This document shows positions 7,209 to 15,281 of a stretch of DNA of 32,000 bases, piece by piece. The position numbers and the translations under genes are program-made. The stretch is from Candidatus Iainarchaeum sp. (GTDB lineage: Archaea; Iainarchaeota; Iainarchaeia; Iainarchaeales; JACQJH01), in assembly GCA_016205145.1 (NCBI GenBank), contig JACQJH010000001.1, positions 1 to 32,000 on the forward strand. Direction: 5' to 3'. Position 1 is the stretch's first letter, and each line of letters opens with the position of its first letter. The notes below the pieces were generated by a model. The model did no database searches and was not told the origin of the DNA. It worked only from the letters and a program-made list of their open reading frames with translations.

Positions 7209-7715
7209 TTAAGTTGTCCGTTTTCTATGTGCCGGGTCAATAGTGCCCCTGAGTTCCGGCATGCGTGCCGCAAAGATTTCATTTGCACTGCCCCTAATCC
7301 ACTGGTCGGTTGACAGGGTCCGTTTGACTGCCGTTAGGGCATTGACGTGCAGGGATCTTCTTTCCGTGCCGGGCGCCCCGGGGTTTCCAACGGGCCTGCC
7401 GTTTTTGTCCGTCACTAAAATGTGCACATATCGGGTGTGGTCTTCCCCGAGGATTTTGCTGATTGGCGGGCCGAGGTCGTATATGACCTGGCCAGTGCGC
7501 GGGTCAACCCTTCGGCCGTCTTTATATGACATTGAACTGAGACCTTCGGAGTCGACCGGAATGGCTTTGATATAATAAACCGGATTGCGCTTCTCGGCTT
7601 TCGCCCGCCTTTCGGCGGCTATCCGCCTTGCTTCGCCGGGCTTTACCAGCCTTCTTCCGGCCGCTTTTTGCGGCCGCCTTGTTTCTCCGGGGCCTGAAGT
7701 CATTCGCAGTGGCAT
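7209..7715 (-). CDS. hypothetical protein with an Arg/Lys-rich N-terminus, no family recognised
   Basis: 168-aa ORF. A minus-strand TATA-like TTAATAAT sits about 23 nt upstream of the ATG at 7715, which is leaderless geometry. The antisense ORF 7243..7575 looks less protein-like. Confidence 0.5.
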   Translation of the reverse strand: MPLRMTSGPGETRRPQKAAGRRLVKPGEARRIAAERRAKAEKRNPVYYIKAIPVDSEGLSSMSYKDGRRVDPRTGQVIYDLGPPISKILGEDHTRYVHILVTDKNGRPVGNPGAPGTERRSLHVNALTAVKRTLSTDQWIRGSANEIFAARMPELRGTIDPAHRKRTT

Positions 7716-7940
7716 GCTTTACTCTTTCTCTATTCTGATTATTAAGTTTTTCTCCGGTTTTGGTTATTGCAAGCCGTTCTAGGCAAAGCCGCAACCAAAA
7801 TTGTTAATGCGATGGCACGCGCGGCATCCTCCGACAGGCGTGTGCCGCAAAGTTCCGCGTGCGCGGGCAGGCCGCTTGGGCGGAATCGGCTTTTTAAGCT
7901 TTTTTGTCGCAGAGTATGTCAATCGATTCAATTCGAATTT

Positions 7941-7980
7941 TCGCCGATGAGGATGACGGCCGTTTTTGGCCTGAGGAGGT
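7941..7980 (+). promoter_or_regulatory. K-turn-like motif in the L7Ae leader, overlapping the Shine-Dalgarno sequence
   Basis: The bulged strand is CC-GAU-GA-GG (7944-7952). The opposing strand is CU-GA-GG (7971-7976). This gives tandem G.A/A.G pairs, a 3-nt bulge and a CC/GG C-helix, close to the U4 snRNA K-turn signature. The two GG of the C-helix are the first bases of GGAGG (7975-7979). Confidence 0.4.
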
Positions 7981-7986
7981 GTGCTT

Positions 7987-8355
7987 GTGGCTGAATTCGT
8001 GAAGTTTGACGTTCCAAAGGAAATTGCTGAAAAACAGCTTGACGTTGTTGACAAGGCAAAGAAGAAGGGGAAAATCCGCGTTGGTGTCAACGAGGTCACA
8101 AAGGCGGTTGAGAGGGGCAAGGCAAAGCTTGTTCTGATTGCCAAGGATGTTTCGCCGCCTGAAATTGTCATGCACCTTCCGATAATCTGTTCTGAAAAGG
8201 ATGTCGCGTTCTCTTTTGTTGAAACCAAGAAGGAATTGGGGGAGAAGGCGGGCATTGCGGTCGGCACTTCCGCTGTTGTTGTCCTGGACGAGGGCGACGC
8301 CAAGAAGGAGCTTGCCGACATCACTGTAAAGCTGAAGGAGCTTGCCAAGGCGTGA
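7987..8355 (+). CDS. rpl7ae: ribosomal protein L7Ae
   Basis: FVKFDVPKEIAEKQLDVV...GKIRVGVNEVTKAVERGKAKLVLIAKDVSPPEIVMHLPIICSEKDVAFSFV is the canonical L7Ae/L30e fold sequence. The GTG at 7987 is preferred because it lies 6-7 nt after GGAGG; the GTG at 7981 is also in frame. Confidence 0.95.
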   Translation: MAEFVKFDVPKEIAEKQLDVVDKAKKKGKIRVGVNEVTKAVERGKAKLVLIAKDVSPPEIVMHLPIICSEKDVAFSFVETKKELGEKAGIAVGTSAVVVLDEGDAKKELADITVKLKELAKA

Positions 8356-8362
8356 TGTTTTT

Positions 8363-8581
8363 ATGGCTGAAGACGAGAGCGGAACGCCTGCCGAAGTGGT
8401 TGAGGTCATAAAGCGCACCGGCGTGCATGGTGAGATCCTGCAGGTCATGTGCAAGATCCTTTCCGGCCCCGACCAGGGCAGGATAAAGCGAAGGAATGTG
8501 AAGGGCGTCTGCCAGAAGGGCGATGTGGTCATTTTGCTTAATACTGAGCGTGAAGCCAAGGAAATCAAGACTAAGAAGTAA
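8363..8581 (+). CDS. rps28e: ribosomal protein S28e
   Basis: AEVVEVIKRTGVHGEILQVMCKILSGPDQGRIKRRNVKG matches S28e. The ATG at 8363 lies just after the L7Ae stop. Confidence 0.9.
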   Translation: MAEDESGTPAEVVEVIKRTGVHGEILQVMCKILSGPDQGRIKRRNVKGVCQKGDVVILLNTEREAKEIKTKK

Positions 8582-8605
8582 AATTGTCCGGGGTTTGATT
8601 GTTTT

Positions 8606-8971
8606 ATGCCAAAATGCGCTTTTTGCGGTTCGGAACTTTTGCCCGGCACTGGCGTGCTTTACGTGAAGAAGGACGGCGAATTCCATTATTTTAACGGTTC
8701 GAAGTGCATGAAGAACTATTTGAAGCTGAGGCGCAACCCGCGCCATGTTCCGTGGACCGCGGAATTCAAGAGGCTCAAGTCAGGTATTTCCGCCACTGCA
8801 GCTGCAAAGGCGGAGGCAAAGCCCGGGGCCCCAGTCCCTGTTACGGAAAAGCCCGAGCCGGGTTCCTTGTCAAAGCGCAAGGAGAAGCTGAACGCCAGGC
8901 ATGCCGCGAAAAAGGCTAAGAAGGGGAAGCTTGCGGCGAAGAAGGCGTCCAAAAAAGCGAAAGGTGAATGA
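8606..8971 (+). CDS. rpl24e: ribosomal protein L24e with a long Lys/Ala/Pro-rich C-terminal extension
   Basis: The N-terminal zinc-ribbon-like region CAFCGSELLPGTGVLYVKKDGEFHYFNGSKCMKNY is typical L24e. About 60 extra residues follow (AAKAEAKPGAPVP...AAKKAKKGKLAAKKASKKAKGE). Confidence 0.9.
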   Translation: MPKCAFCGSELLPGTGVLYVKKDGEFHYFNGSKCMKNYLKLRRNPRHVPWTAEFKRLKSGISATAAAKAEAKPGAPVPVTEKPEPGSLSKRKEKLNARHAAKKAKKGKLAAKKASKKAKGE

Positions 8972-8984
8972 AGTGACTGGTGGC

Positions 8985-9458
8985 ATGGAGAGAACGCTTG
9001 TCATTGTGAAGCCTGATGCCGTCAACCGCAGTCTTGTGGGCGAAATCCTTTCGCGTTTTGAGCGCAAGGGCTTGAAGATTGTTGCAATGAAAATGGAGCA
9101 TCTGGCGCCTTACAAGCTGAAAGAGCATTACGCACAGCACAAGGACAAGGAGTTTTACGAGGAGCTCATAAAGTACATGTCCTCGATTCCCTCGATTGTC
9201 ATTGTCTTTGAGGGCAAGGAAGTTGTCGACGTTGTCCGTAGGATGATTGGCGGCACTTTCGGCAGGGAAGCCCAGCCCGGAACAATCAGGGGCGACTATT
9301 CCGTGAGCAACCAGACGAACCTTGTCCATGCCTCCGAGAACAACGAGAAGGCGAAAGAGGAAATCGCAAGGTTTTTTTCCGAGCAGGAACTATACGATTA
9401 TCGCAAGATGAACTTTGACTGGATTTATGCCAGGAACGAGAAAGGGCAGCAGCAGTGA
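8985..9458 (+). CDS. ndk: nucleoside diphosphate kinase
   Basis: [25 protein letters not shown] and GTIRGDY motifs, with the catalytic His in NLVHASEN (variant of N..HGSD). The upstream part of ORF 8901.. overlaps the L24e tail in another frame and was discarded. Confidence 0.95.
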   Translation: MERTLVIVKPDAVNRSLVGEILSRFERKGLKIVAMKMEHLAPYKLKEHYAQHKDKEFYEELIKYMSSIPSIVIVFEGKEVVDVVRRMIGGTFGREAQPGTIRGDYSVSNQTNLVHASENNEKAKEEIARFFSEQELYDYRKMNFDWIYARNEKGQQQ

Positions 9459-9483
9459 CTGTTTGCCTTTGCGGGCGGTTTGC

Positions 9484-9915
9484 TTGGATGTTGCAATTGA
9501 AAAGGTTTCCCCTGATGCAAAGTTGCCTTCGCTTTCCCATCACGGCGATGCAGGCTATGACCTTTACGCCAACGAAACCTTAGAGGTTTTGCCCGGCAGC
9601 ATTGCCCTTGTCGCGACCGGCTTGAAGCTTGCAATCCCCGTCGGTTTTGAATGCCAGGTCAGGCCGAAAAGCGGCCTTGCCCTGAATCATGGCATCACTT
9701 TGCTTAACACCCCGGGCACGATTGACGCGGGCTACCGCGGCGAAGTCAAGGTCATTCTGATCAATCTTGGCAAGAATTCTTTTCTTGTCGAGAAGGGCAA
9801 AAAGATTGCCCAGCTTGTTTTCAACAAAATCGAGTCCGCTGATTTTAAGCTGGTCGAAAAGCTTGATGAGACCGTGCGGGGCGACGGCGGTTTCGGTTCC
9901 ACGGGCCTTGTCTGA
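9484..9915 (+). CDS. dut: dUTP diphosphatase, trimeric bacterial/eukaryal Dut type
   Basis: Motifs [25 protein letters not shown] and [10 protein letters not shown]. The start is placed at the in-frame TTG at 9484, which gives a 143-aa protein. The upstream part of the ORF overlaps ndk. Confidence 0.88.
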   Translation: MDVAIEKVSPDAKLPSLSHHGDAGYDLYANETLEVLPGSIALVATGLKLAIPVGFECQVRPKSGLALNHGITLLNTPGTIDAGYRGEVKVILINLGKNSFLVEKGKKIAQLVFNKIESADFKLVEKLDETVRGDGGFGSTGLV

Positions 9916-9924
9916 AAAGAAATT

Positions 9925-11724
9925 TTGAAGGTGTTTTTTTTGATCCGCAAACCGATTATCACTGTTCTCGGTCATGTCGACCACGGGAAAACAAAAATTT
10001 TGGATGCCATCCGCGGCACGGCCGTGGCGGAGAAGGAGGCGGGGCAGATTACCCAGCATATCGGCGCAACCGAAGTGCCAATTAACGTGATTGACAAGAT
10101 TTCCGGTTCCCTGCTCAAAAAGTTCGGTTTTTCGCTTTCAATTCCCGGCTTGCTTTTCATTGACACGCCCGGCCATGAGGCTTTCACGAATTTGAGAAAG
10201 CGCGGCGGCTCGATTTCGGACCTTGCTGTTCTCGTGGTTGACATTACCCAGGGTTTCCAGCCGCAGACGCTTGAAGCCATTGACATTTTGCGCTCGTATA
10301 AGACGCCGTTCATTCTTGCCGCGAACAAGGTCGACCTTTTGCACGGCTATCAGAGTTCGGGCAGTGATTTTTCCTCGAATTTTGCCTTGCAGCCTAAATC
10401 CGTGCAGGACCTTGTTGACACGAAGGTTTACGAAATCGTAGGAAAACTTTTCGAGCGCGGCTTCCAGGCCGAGCGCTTTGACAGGTGCACGGATTTTTCA
10501 AAGCAGGTTCCGATCGTTCCCCTGTCGGCGAAGACCGGAGAGGGTTTGCCGGAATTGCTGATGCTTTTGTCGGGCTTAAGCCAGAAGTTTTTGAAGGACA
10601 GGCTTGAGATTTCGGAAACCGAAAAGGCGAAGGCGACTGTTTTGGAGGTCAAGGAGGAACGCGGCCTGGGAAAGACTGTTGACGTTATTCTTTACGAGGG
10701 CAGTGTTTCAGTCGGCGACGAGATTGCCGTGGCGGGGCGCAACGGCATAATCCGCGCCAGGATAAGGGCTTTGCTTGAGCCGAAGCCTTTGGAGGAAATC
10801 CGCGACCCCAAGGAAAAGTTCAGGTCGGTCAGGCAGGTTTTTGCGGCTTCGGGCGTGAAGATTGCCGCGCCCGGCCTGGATGATGTTTTGGCTGGTTCGC
10901 CGCTCGTGGTTGTTGACGGCAATGGCAATAGCGATGATTTGCAGTTGTCCGCGCTTTCCGAGGAGGTTTCATCGCTCACTTTTTCCAGGGCCGGGAACGG
11001 CGTGATTGTGAAAGCCGACACTCTCGGTTCGCTTGAAGCGCTCATAAAACTGCTTGACCTTAAGGGCGTTCCGGTCAAGAAAGCCGACATCGGCGATGTT
11101 TCAAAGAAGGATTTGGTTGAGTGCGTTTCGGCTTTGGCTGCGGCGGGGAAGGATGCTTTCGAGTGCGTGATTTTCGCTTTTCACGTCAAAGTGCCGGATG
11201 ACCTCGAATTTGAGGCCCAAAAGCTTGGGGTCAAAATTTTTAAAAGCAACATAATATATAAGTTGATTGAGAGCCATGAATCGTGGCTTCTGGAAGAGCG
11301 CGAAAGGCGCAAGAAGGAGAAGCTTTCTTCCCTTGTTTTTCCGGCGAAAATCGAGGTTTTGCCGAACCTTGTTTTCAGGAACTGCAAGCCCGCAATAGTG
11401 GGTGTGAGGGTTTTGGAGGGAAAGCTTTGCCAGGGCGTTTCCCTTTTGAACGCCGGCATGGTTGTCGGCAGGGTGCAGGCAATCCAGTCCGAGGGCAAAA
11501 CCCTTTCAGAGGCGAAGAAAGGCGATGAAGTGGCTGTCTCGATTGACGGCGCTTTTGTCGGAAAAAATCTTAATGAGGGCGACACCTTGTTGTCGTTCAT
11601 TCCTTTGCGGCAGTTTGCCGAACTGGAATCATTGGCAGGCGTTTTTTCCGATGGTGAAAAAGAGTTGCTAGAGGAAATAAAGGCAGTGGTTGTTTCAATG
11701 CAGGATTCGGAGGCGAGTGCATGA
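9925..11724 (+). CDS. infB: translation initiation factor aIF5B (IF2 homologue)
   Basis: IRKPIITVLGHVDHGKTKILD, DTPGHEAF and NKVD GTPase motifs; about 600 aa. The start is uncertain: TTG 9925, GTG 9931 and TTG 9940 are all in frame. Confidence 0.95.
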   Translation: MKVFFLIRKPIITVLGHVDHGKTKILDAIRGTAVAEKEAGQITQHIGATEVPINVIDKISGSLLKKFGFSLSIPGLLFIDTPGHEAFTNLRKRGGSISDLAVLVVDITQGFQPQTLEAIDILRSYKTPFILAANKVDLLHGYQSSGSDFSSNFALQPKSVQDLVDTKVYEIVGKLFERGFQAERFDRCTDFSKQVPIVPLSAKTGEGLPELLMLLSGLSQKFLKDRLEISETEKAKATVLEVKEERGLGKTVDVILYEGSVSVGDEIAVAGRNGIIRARIRALLEPKPLEEIRDPKEKFRSVRQVFAASGVKIAAPGLDDVLAGSPLVVVDGNGNSDDLQLSALSEEVSSLTFSRAGNGVIVKADTLGSLEALIKLLDLKGVPVKKADIGDVSKKDLVECVSALAAAGKDAFECVIFAFHVKVPDDLEFEAQKLGVKIFKSNIIYKLIESHESWLLEERERRKKEKLSSLVFPAKIEVLPNLVFRNCKPAIVGVRVLEGKLCQGVSLLNAGMVVGRVQAIQSEGKTLSEAKKGDEVAVSIDGAFVGKNLNEGDTLLSFIPLRQFAELESLAGVFSDGEKELLEEIKAVVVSMQDSEASA

Positions 11725-12206
11725 ATGTGGTGATTTCTGACCCGAAGACGGGCAGGGCTTATTCGAAAAAAGTCGAGGGCACGGTTTTCGAGAACAGGAA
11801 AATCGGCGAACAGGTAGATTTGTCTGAGCTGGGCTTGCCCGGCTTCAAGGCTACGATTGCGGGCGGAAGCGACAAGCAGGGCTTTCCAATGAGGTCAAAC
11901 CTTTCCACTGCCGGCCGCAAAAAGGTTTTTGTTTCGGGTGGCGTTGGTTTCAAGCCTTTGGTGAAAGGCGAGCGCAGGCGCAAGACAATGCGCGGCAATA
12001 CAGTGAGCGCGGAAACAAGCCAGTTGAATGTTTTTGTCACGTCTTATGGTTCAGTGAACCTTGACGAGGCTCTCGGCAAGGCAGCGGGAGCGGGCGGAAA
12101 GGAGGAAGAGCTGTCCGCGAAGGAGCGCGCAGTCAAGCAGTCGCTTGAAATGGCGGGCAAGGGCGACCTCAGTTCCAAGGACATCAAGGGCAAGGTGAAG
12201 CGCTGA
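11721..12206 (+). CDS. rps6e: ribosomal protein S6e
   Basis: MNVVISDPKTGRAY...GGSDKQGFPMR...KGERRRKTMRG is typical S6e. It has an ATGA start/stop overlap with infB. Confidence 0.9.
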   Translation: MNVVISDPKTGRAYSKKVEGTVFENRKIGEQVDLSELGLPGFKATIAGGSDKQGFPMRSNLSTAGRKKVFVSGGVGFKPLVKGERRRKTMRGNTVSAETSQLNVFVTSYGSVNLDEALGKAAGAGGKEEELSAKERAVKQSLEMAGKGDLSSKDIKGKVKR

Positions 12207-12210
12207 GCCC

Positions 12211-12215
12211 TTTTT
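12211..12215 (+). terminator. oligo-T run after rps6e
   Basis: CCCTTTTTC lies directly after the stop codon, followed by further T-rich sequence. Archaeal RNA polymerase terminates at oligo-T. Confidence 0.35.
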
Positions 12216-12248
12216 CATTTCTTTCTTTTCTTTCATTATTTTTGAGGT

Positions 12249-13640
12249 ATGGTTTTGATGTCAGTGAAAAAAAAGCCTTTGTTGAAAAAGCCTTCGGAGA
12301 AGAAGCCGGCCGTTGCGGAAGCCCAGCCTGAAAAGCCGAAGGATGCCAAGGCAGTGCATGCGAAGGCCGAAGCATTGAAGGCAGCCGCAAAGCCTTTGGC
12401 TTCCGATGTTTCCTCAAAGCCTAAGGATGCAAAACCCAAACAGGCTTTTGCCGAGCAGGCCGTCGTCAACATCGGCATGGTCGGCCATGTCGACCATGGC
12501 AAGACGACTTTGACTTCCAAGCTTACGGGCAAGTGGACTGACACGCATTCAGAGGAACTGAAGCGCGGCATTTCAATCAGGCTCGGCTATGCCGATGCGG
12601 TGTTTTACAGGTGTCCGGAGTGCAAGGGGTCGGAAGCGTTCGGCTCCAGTCCCGTCTGCCAGAACTGCAATTCAACTGCGCAGAAACTCCGTAAAGTTTC
12701 ATTTGTCGACGCGCCCGGCCATGAGACTCTGATGACCACGATGCTTTCCGGCGCCGCGCTCATGCAGGGCGCTGTTCTTGTGATTGCCGCGAACGAGCCA
12801 TGCCCCCAGCCGCGCACGGTCGAGCACCTGATGGCTTTGAAGATTGCCGGCATTGAAAGCATTGTCGTGGCGCAGAACAAGGCAGACCTTGTTTCAAGGG
12901 AGCAGGCTTTGGCGCATTACACTGCGATAAAAAAGTTTTTGCAGGAGAACGGCTTTGCCGGTTCGCCCGTCATTCCGACTTCCGCGAATTTCGGCGTCAA
13001 TGTGGATTTGCTGATCGAGGCAATCGAAGAATGCATCAAGACTCCGTCCTTCGATTCGGGCAAGCCCGTCAAGCTTTTTTGCGCGCGCTCTTTTGACATC
13101 AACAAGCCCGGCACCAAAATCCATGACCTCAAGGGCGGCGTTCTGGGCGGTTCGGTGATGCAGGGCACGCTTCGCCTGAACGACCAAATTGAAATCAGCC
13201 CCGGCCTGGAATCCAAGCCGATTCTCACTTCTGTTGTGAGCCTCGGGGTTTCCGGCGGCGCCCTGGAAGAAGCGCGTCCAGGCGGCCTGATTGCAATCGG
13301 CACAACCCTTGATCCGAGCATTACGCAGAACGACAGCATGCGCGGCCAGGTTGTTTCAAAGCCGGGTTCCATGCCTTCGCCCACAACTTCTTTGAGGCTG
13401 AATGTTGTTCCGCTTGAAAGGCTTTTGGTTGACGGCTCGCATGGAGTCAAGGTCAATGACCTGGTTGTCATAACCGTGGGCACAATGACCGCGGTCGGCA
13501 ATGTTGTGAAGGAGAACAAAAAGAGTTTTTTTGACGTTGCATTGAAGAACGAGGTTGTAATAGAGCCGGGCCAGAAGGTTGCCATCAGCAAGCGCGAGTC
13601 CGGCCAGTGGAGGCTTGTCGCTTATGGCATCAGCGGATAG
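12249..13640 (+). CDS. eif2g: translation initiation factor aIF2 gamma subunit with a Lys/Ala/Pro-rich N-terminal extension of about 65 aa
   Basis: VNIGMVGHVDHGKTTL, zinc ribbon CPECKG...CQNC, DAPGHE and QNKAD motifs. The N-terminal extension is KKKPLLKKPSEKKPAVAEAQPEKPKDAK.... A downstream start cannot be excluded. Confidence 0.93.
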   Translation: MVLMSVKKKPLLKKPSEKKPAVAEAQPEKPKDAKAVHAKAEALKAAAKPLASDVSSKPKDAKPKQAFAEQAVVNIGMVGHVDHGKTTLTSKLTGKWTDTHSEELKRGISIRLGYADAVFYRCPECKGSEAFGSSPVCQNCNSTAQKLRKVSFVDAPGHETLMTTMLSGAALMQGAVLVIAANEPCPQPRTVEHLMALKIAGIESIVVAQNKADLVSREQALAHYTAIKKFLQENGFAGSPVIPTSANFGVNVDLLIEAIEECIKTPSFDSGKPVKLFCARSFDINKPGTKIHDLKGGVLGGSVMQGTLRLNDQIEISPGLESKPILTSVVSLGVSGGALEEARPGGLIAIGTTLDPSITQNDSMRGQVVSKPGSMPSPTTSLRLNVVPLERLLVDGSHGVKVNDLVVITVGTMTAVGNVVKENKKSFFDVALKNEVVIEPGQKVAISKRESGQWRLVAYGISG

Positions 13641-14025
13641 CCGGAAAACGGTCGCCTTCGACTCGAATATCCTGCTGCTTGCGGCGCGCGACAAAATTGA
13701 TGTTTTCGCATTGGTGGAAAACCGTTTCGGCGCTGTTTCATTCGTTGTGCCGGAGCAGGTTTTATCCGAGCTTTCATTGCTGGCGGAAAAGAAAAAGGCT
13801 TTGGCGCGCGAGTTCGCGGTTGTGAAAAAAATGTTGGAAGCAAACGATTGCAGGGCAGTTCCGGTTCAGGCCGGGAATGCCGATGACGCGCTTTTCGCGC
13901 TTTCAAAGGATTGCCTGGTGTTTTCGTCGGACAGGCTGCTTGGAAAAAGAATAAAAAACGATAACGGGGCGATTATTTACTTACGCAAAAAAAGGCTTTT
14001 GGAATCAGCGGGTTTGCCGGAGTGA
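13624..14025 (+). CDS. PIN-domain protein (Fcf1/Utp24-like, the conserved neighbour of aIF2-gamma)
   Basis: VAFDSNILL (first acidic PIN residue) and VFSSDRLL. It sits in the conserved archaeal context between eif2g and rpoE'. The ATG at 13624 overlaps the eif2g 3' end by 17 nt. Confidence 0.8.
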   Translation: MASADSRKTVAFDSNILLLAARDKIDVFALVENRFGAVSFVVPEQVLSELSLLAEKKKALAREFAVVKKMLEANDCRAVPVQAGNADDALFALSKDCLVFSSDRLLGKRIKNDNGAIIYLRKKRLLESAGLPE

Positions 14026-14035
14026 GGTTGAGAAA

Positions 14036-14653
14036 ATGTATGCGTTGTGCAGGATAAGGGACACTGTCAGGGTGCCTCCAAAGGATTTTTCGGGAAAGCT
14101 TGATCTTTCCGTGCTGAAAATGGTGCAGGAAGAATATGAGGGCATTGTCGACGAGGACCTCGGCGTTGTTGTCGCTGTCACTGGCGCTTCCGACATTGGC
14201 GAGGGCAAGGTCGTGCCGGGCGACGGCGCAGCGTATTACGATGCCACCCTGGACCTGCTTGTCTACAAGCCTGTTTTGCAGGAAGTCGTCGAGGGCGAGG
14301 TTTCTGAAATAACCGAGTTCGGCGCGTTTGTCAGAGTGGGGCCTATTGAAGGTTTAGTGCACGTTTCGCAGGTGATGGATGATTTCATCAATTACGATCC
14401 CAAGAGCACTTCGTTTGTCGGCAAGAAGACCGGCAGGAAGCTTTCAAAGGAAGAGTCTGTGCTTGCACGGGTCGTTACGGCAAGCCTGAAGGGCAATGTC
14501 TCCAATTCCAAGATGGGTTTGACAATGAGGCAGCCGCATCTGGGCAAGGAAGAGTGGGCCAAGGCCGACGAAAAGGCGAGGAAGAAAAAGGAATCCGAGC
14601 CGCCGAAAATTGCTTCCAAGGGAAAGCCCAAGGATGCCAAGCAGTCAAGGTGA
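14036..14653 (+). CDS. rpoE: DNA-directed RNA polymerase subunit E' (Rpo7) with a basic C-terminal tail
   Basis: It has an N-terminal Rpo7 domain. An S1 domain follows (VVEGEVSEITEFGAFVRVGPIEGLVHVSQV). The tail is KADEKARKKKESEPPKIASKGKPKDAKQSR. Confidence 0.9.
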   Translation: MYALCRIRDTVRVPPKDFSGKLDLSVLKMVQEEYEGIVDEDLGVVVAVTGASDIGEGKVVPGDGAAYYDATLDLLVYKPVLQEVVEGEVSEITEFGAFVRVGPIEGLVHVSQVMDDFINYDPKSTSFVGKKTGRKLSKEESVLARVVTASLKGNVSNSKMGLTMRQPHLGKEEWAKADEKARKKKESEPPKIASKGKPKDAKQSR

Positions 14654-14677
14654 ATTTTCTTTCAAAGGGGGTTTTTT

Positions 14678-14872
14678 ATGAGCAAGGAAAAGGCCTGCAG
14701 GAACTGCAGAATGGTTGTCGAGGACTCCAAGGTTTGCCCGAATTGCAACGGCAATGCCTTCACGACTTTCTGGAGGGGTTATTCCATGATAATCAATCCG
14801 GAGCAGAGCGAGATCGCCAAAAAGGTGGGCACGCAAAAGGTCGGCAAGTTTGCATTAAGGTTGAGCAGGTGA
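14678..14872 (+). CDS. spt4: transcription elongation factor Spt4 (RpoE'')
   Basis: 64 aa with zinc ribbon CRNC...CPNC and WRGYSMIINPEQSEIAKK, typical of Spt4. Confidence 0.85.
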   Translation: MSKEKACRNCRMVVEDSKVCPNCNGNAFTTFWRGYSMIINPEQSEIAKKVGTQKVGKFALRLSR

Positions 14873-14880
14873 AATTGGTT

Positions 14881-15261
14881 ATGAAAGTTGAAATTTCGGG
14901 CAGGGAAAAAAACGACCTGTTCTCAAGGGAAGAGGTTTCGTTTGTCGTGAAGGATGCGAAAGTGACGCCGTCGAAAAAGGAATTGCGTGAAAAGCTTTCC
15001 GCTTTGACAAACGCCAATCCGGAAGCAGTGGTAATCGGCAGGGTTGTCACTGGTTTCGGCTCCACAGCAGTTTCCGGCACTGCGAAAATCTACAAGGACG
15101 CAGCGGCAATGAAAAAAGCCGAACCGAAATTCCTGTTGGAGCGCAATTTCGGCAAGCAAAGCGCTGACGCTTCCGCAAAGCCGGGCGAAAAAGCAGAGGA
15201 AGCCAAGGCCGAGCCGGCTGCAAAGCCAAAGCCCGAAAAGAAGGCAGATGCAAAGAAATGA
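14881..15261 (+). CDS. rps24e: ribosomal protein S24e with a Lys/Ala/Pro-rich C-terminal tail
   Basis: MKVEISGREKNDLFSREEVSFVV...TPSKKELREKLS...VIGRVVTGFG. The internal ATG at 14881 was chosen; the upstream part of ORF 14554.. overlaps rpoE'/spt4 in other frames. Confidence 0.85.
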   Translation: MKVEISGREKNDLFSREEVSFVVKDAKVTPSKKELREKLSALTNANPEAVVIGRVVTGFGSTAVSGTAKIYKDAAAMKKAEPKFLLERNFGKQSADASAKPGEKAEEAKAEPAAKPKPEKKADAKK

Positions 15262-15281
15262 TTTGTTTTTGGTGATGTTTG

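Noticed and set aside
8901-8984. Upstream extensions of track ORFs for ndk (8901), kae1 (17166), rps24e (14554), dut (9415) and the PIN gene (13579)
   Set aside because: The extensions overlap the preceding gene in another frame, are Arg-rich or low-complexity, and precede an in-frame start that gives the canonical N-terminus of the family.
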